Assembly: GCA_020137815.1 (NCBI GenBank) | Contig: CM035355.1 | Span: forward strand, 2,170,001 to 2,234,000 | Source: Hormiphora californensis | Lineage: Eukaryota > Animalia > Ctenophora | Reading direction: 5' to 3' | DNA: 64,000 nucleotides | In this document: piece by piece, positions 61,217 through 64,000 of the stretch | How positions within the stretch are numbered: the first letter of the stretch is position 1 | How the letters are laid out: every line of letters begins with the position of its first letter | Position numbers and translations under genes: made by a program | Notes under the pieces: generated by a model | Told to the model about the DNA's origin: nothing | Seen by the model: only the letters and a program-made list of their open reading frames with translations | The model's database searches: none

Positions 61217-61383
61217 GAGAGGGAGAGATCGTTAATTTATTGAATGTCTTTTATCCATTTTTAGACTCAGGGTTACAGTCACCCTGTCACCATATAACTT
61301 GGTTAACATTTTGTCAACTTGAAATTCCCACTACTAACCCTCTATTCATTTATCTAGCTATCATGACGTAAAAAACTACTGTA

Positions 61384-63214
61384 ATGGCGAGTAAGAGACT
61401 TCAAAACCCGGCCAAGAGGCCTCCTATTAGGCAACCTGTGTTTAGTGTTAAAGCCCCACCTAAGCTAGCTGCAGGAGCCCCTCCCATGGACAGGTAATAG
61501 CACTCTTCAATACACAGTTGGTGGTAAAGTAGGGTATTAGATTAGCACTCTTTATTGTGTCATCGGATAACCTCTCGATAAATTAGGGAGAGTCAAGTTA
61601 TTAGGAATCCTCAAACGGTCCTTCTCTTACTAGGACAGTGAATCGCCAAGTTAGTTTAGGGAATGAAGTGGAATCTTTGGTAAAAATGTCAACTTGATCT
61701 AATTTATCTAGTTCTGCCAACTTCATTCTCCTCAGGTTTCTGAATTTTGGGCATCGAGTTCTCCACCAACTGACGTGTACTACGTTTCGTAAGATTGTAG
61801 TGGGATCTTCTCTCTTTATCTTCCCTATGGGGAAACACTTCCTTGAATACAGGTGATATTTCCTTCAATTCCGTATGAAACAACTCCAATCTTTCAATCT
61901 GGTCTCATTTCTATCGATCTTATTCTCCTGACTCCTCTGCAGCAGCTCCCTCTAAAACCCACCCTAATCTAATCTATATCCCACATCAGGAACACCCGGT
62001 ACAACTACCAAGTACAGCAGTCCACATTCTTCAAGGATACTCTGGAGTGTGTTAAAAGGAGTGGGGATGTTCTGGGAACGTATGGTAGGGAGATAAAACT
62101 GGGAAGAACCAGCATCTGGACCATGACATCGGGATTTGTGCCTTGGGTGAGTTAGTAGTCCTAATTTCACGCTCCCTGTCTCCTGACTCTTACATTACAT
62201 CCTCTCCCCGCCTCTCCCCTAAAAACTAAACCCCCCCTGTAACAGCTATCAGAGCGACATGTTTGGCTGCGTTTCCATGGTAACCACGGGGAAGGATGGA
62301 TCAGGATGGGTCTCTCCCGTTCTGACTTTGTGATGGAACAGGAATCAGTTAACGATCTGGCAAGGGATTCTAAACGGCAGATGAAGTTAGAGTTACAGCG
62401 GATCCAGGAGCTGGCAAATGAGGCAACTGGTGGGGCAACGAATGACGCGACTGGTGGTGGAGCAACAGAGGAGGCAACTGGTGGTGGAATAAGGGAGGAG
62501 GTTGCTGCAGTTGCTGAGGTAGCAGTTGGTGGGGTGGAGTCAACAGTCGATACTACTGAGGTAAGTCAACTGACTATCTGTTGAGTTGTTTCAACTGTTG
62601 CTTCTACCTTCAATAATTTATCTATTGTCAGGCTGTTATTCAAGACAAAGTTGAAGAAGAATCCCCGGTTGAAGAGGACACAGTAGCAATAGACGAGTCA
62701 ATGGGGACTGCTTCTATATTTGAGAAGATTGCTAAAGCTAAGGAAAATGCAGACAAGAAACAAATGGACCAGGTAGGCATGGTCGGGAGAGAAAACAACT
62801 TCTTTTCTAATCTCACTTTCACCCGTTTTTCTCTCTTTCTTTTCGTTTTCTCTAAAATGATTTTCCCACAATCAGGCCAAAATATATAAACGAGAGTTTA
62901 AGAAACTCTACCCAACGCTCCCTGATGATTACACCCAAAACGACCTCGACGAGGCCATGAAACTCCGGCAAGACAAGGAGGTTGACCTGGAGCTATTCGA
63001 CCGAACATGGAACCTCCGCTCAGTCACCATTCACCCAGAGAAAACCACGAACGAGGAAACTCCGCCAGTGTTTGTGTTGCTGGACCTAGATAGTGATTAT
63101 GAGGATGTGGAGCATGGGCCAACGGCATACCTTCTTAGGACTCCTTTCTTTTCTATACCCAAACCACGATCCTGGAGACCCGCTGTTGAAAAGAGATTAG
63201 TAGAATTGTCATGA
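61384..63214 (+). CDS. Uncharacterised protein, 5 exons
   Basis: MASKRLQNPAKRPP.../NTRYNYQVQQSTFF.../LSERHVWLRFHG.../AVIQDKVEEE.../AKIYKREFKKLYP...RLVELS joined by GT-AG introns. No family recognised. Confidence 0.7.
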
Positions 63215-63353
63215 GAGAGACATGTGTGTGTGATTTGTAATTAGAGTTTTGTACCTGTTAAAATTAATTTATGATACCGAGAAGATGTATAATTTTCTCG
63301 GGACCCATTCCCACTTCTTGTCATAAATCCTAACCCCCTTTTGTTTTCTAGCC

Positions 63354-63896
63354 ATGTTACACCGTATTCTCCTCCTCACCATTCTCCTTCCCGCCGTTAT
63401 TGTCTCCAGTGAAGGACTGTTCAACTTCAAGAACGGCTTCCCAAGTGTCACCAAGATATTCAGCTCTATGGGCAAGATGATGAACGACCTCTTTCCCTGT
63501 GGATACAGCTGTCCGAATGGTGGATATCCAACCGCTAAACTGGGATATAAACCCACCCCTAACGGCTGTGGATCGATTGATACCACCATGTTTGCCCGGG
63601 ATCTAGCCAGCTATGTCCCACAGGTGGAGCAGTGCTGTAACGTGCACGATGAGTGCTACGGAACGTGCTCTAGCGGTAAAAACAAGTGTGATGGAGCCTT
63701 CAGGGAGTGTTTGAGGGGAGTCTGTACTACTGCTAAACAGCTGATAAAGGCAGTGGGAGGGAAGTTTGATGTGAGTGAAATGTGTGAGGCTGCTATAACG
63801 GGGGTAACGGCTGTAGTTCAAACTGGGGGATGTCCTGCGTATAGGAGTGCACAGGAGGCTGCCTGTGTGTGCGCTAGTGGTCCTAATGAACTGTGA
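63354..63896 (+). CDS. PLA2G12A: Group XII secretory phospholipase A2, single exon
   Basis: Signal peptide, PNGCGS, CCNVHDECYGTC (His-Asp present), KNKCDGAFRECL, GCPAYRSAQEAACVC. Confidence 0.9.
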   Translation: MLHRILLLTILLPAVIVSSEGLFNFKNGFPSVTKIFSSMGKMMNDLFPCGYSCPNGGYPTAKLGYKPTPNGCGSIDTTMFARDLASYVPQVEQCCNVHDECYGTCSSGKNKCDGAFRECLRGVCTTAKQLIKAVGGKFDVSEMCEAAITGVTAVVQTGGCPAYRSAQEAACVCASGPNEL

Positions 63897-64000
63897 GAAT
63901 TCAGCAAAACTCTTTCACGCCCTGACTTTGATATTGACTCACTTTTGGTGCTAAATGCTAATGACTCACTTTTTGACTAAATAATTTAATCCCCTAATAA

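Noticed and set aside
61704-61889. Minus-strand ORF in an intron of the orphan gene
   Set aside because: Short with a TTG start. At most a degenerate retroelement scrap, not supportable as a fourth nested gene.
1-64000. tRNA, rRNA, SL RNA or other ncRNA genes
   Set aside because: None recognised by eye. A covariance-model search would be needed to exclude them.

Overview
Gene-dense eukaryotic (animal) genomic DNA with short GT-AG introns. A ctenophore-like origin is inferred from gene style only and is not proven. Two co-directional gene strings diverge from a repeat-rich zone at about 44.4-48.4 kb. On the minus strand they are CSKMT/METTL12-like, CEP112, a BEN-domain-like gene, USP39 and an unresolved gene. 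On the plus strand they are LTO1, ALKBH1, PCC1/LAGE3, RPP38-like, a glutamate carboxypeptidase II-like gene, AATF, an orphan and PLA2G12. Most stop-to-start spacers are about 140-300 bp and most start codons lie just behind an unpaired pyrimidine-tract/AG acceptor, which suggests trans-spliced operons. Three genes are nested antisense inside introns: a 15-kb multi-SRCR endocytic receptor and a GPCR in CEP112, and an orphan membrane protein in LTO1. Introns carry many non-autonomous transposons (Kolobok-like palindrome, TA-TSD elements, hAT, Helitron/Helentron-like, an L2-like LINE end), hairpins and minisatellites. Gene coordinates are start-to-stop spans including introns, spliced and translated by eye. 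Protein family calls come from remembered motifs, not database searches.
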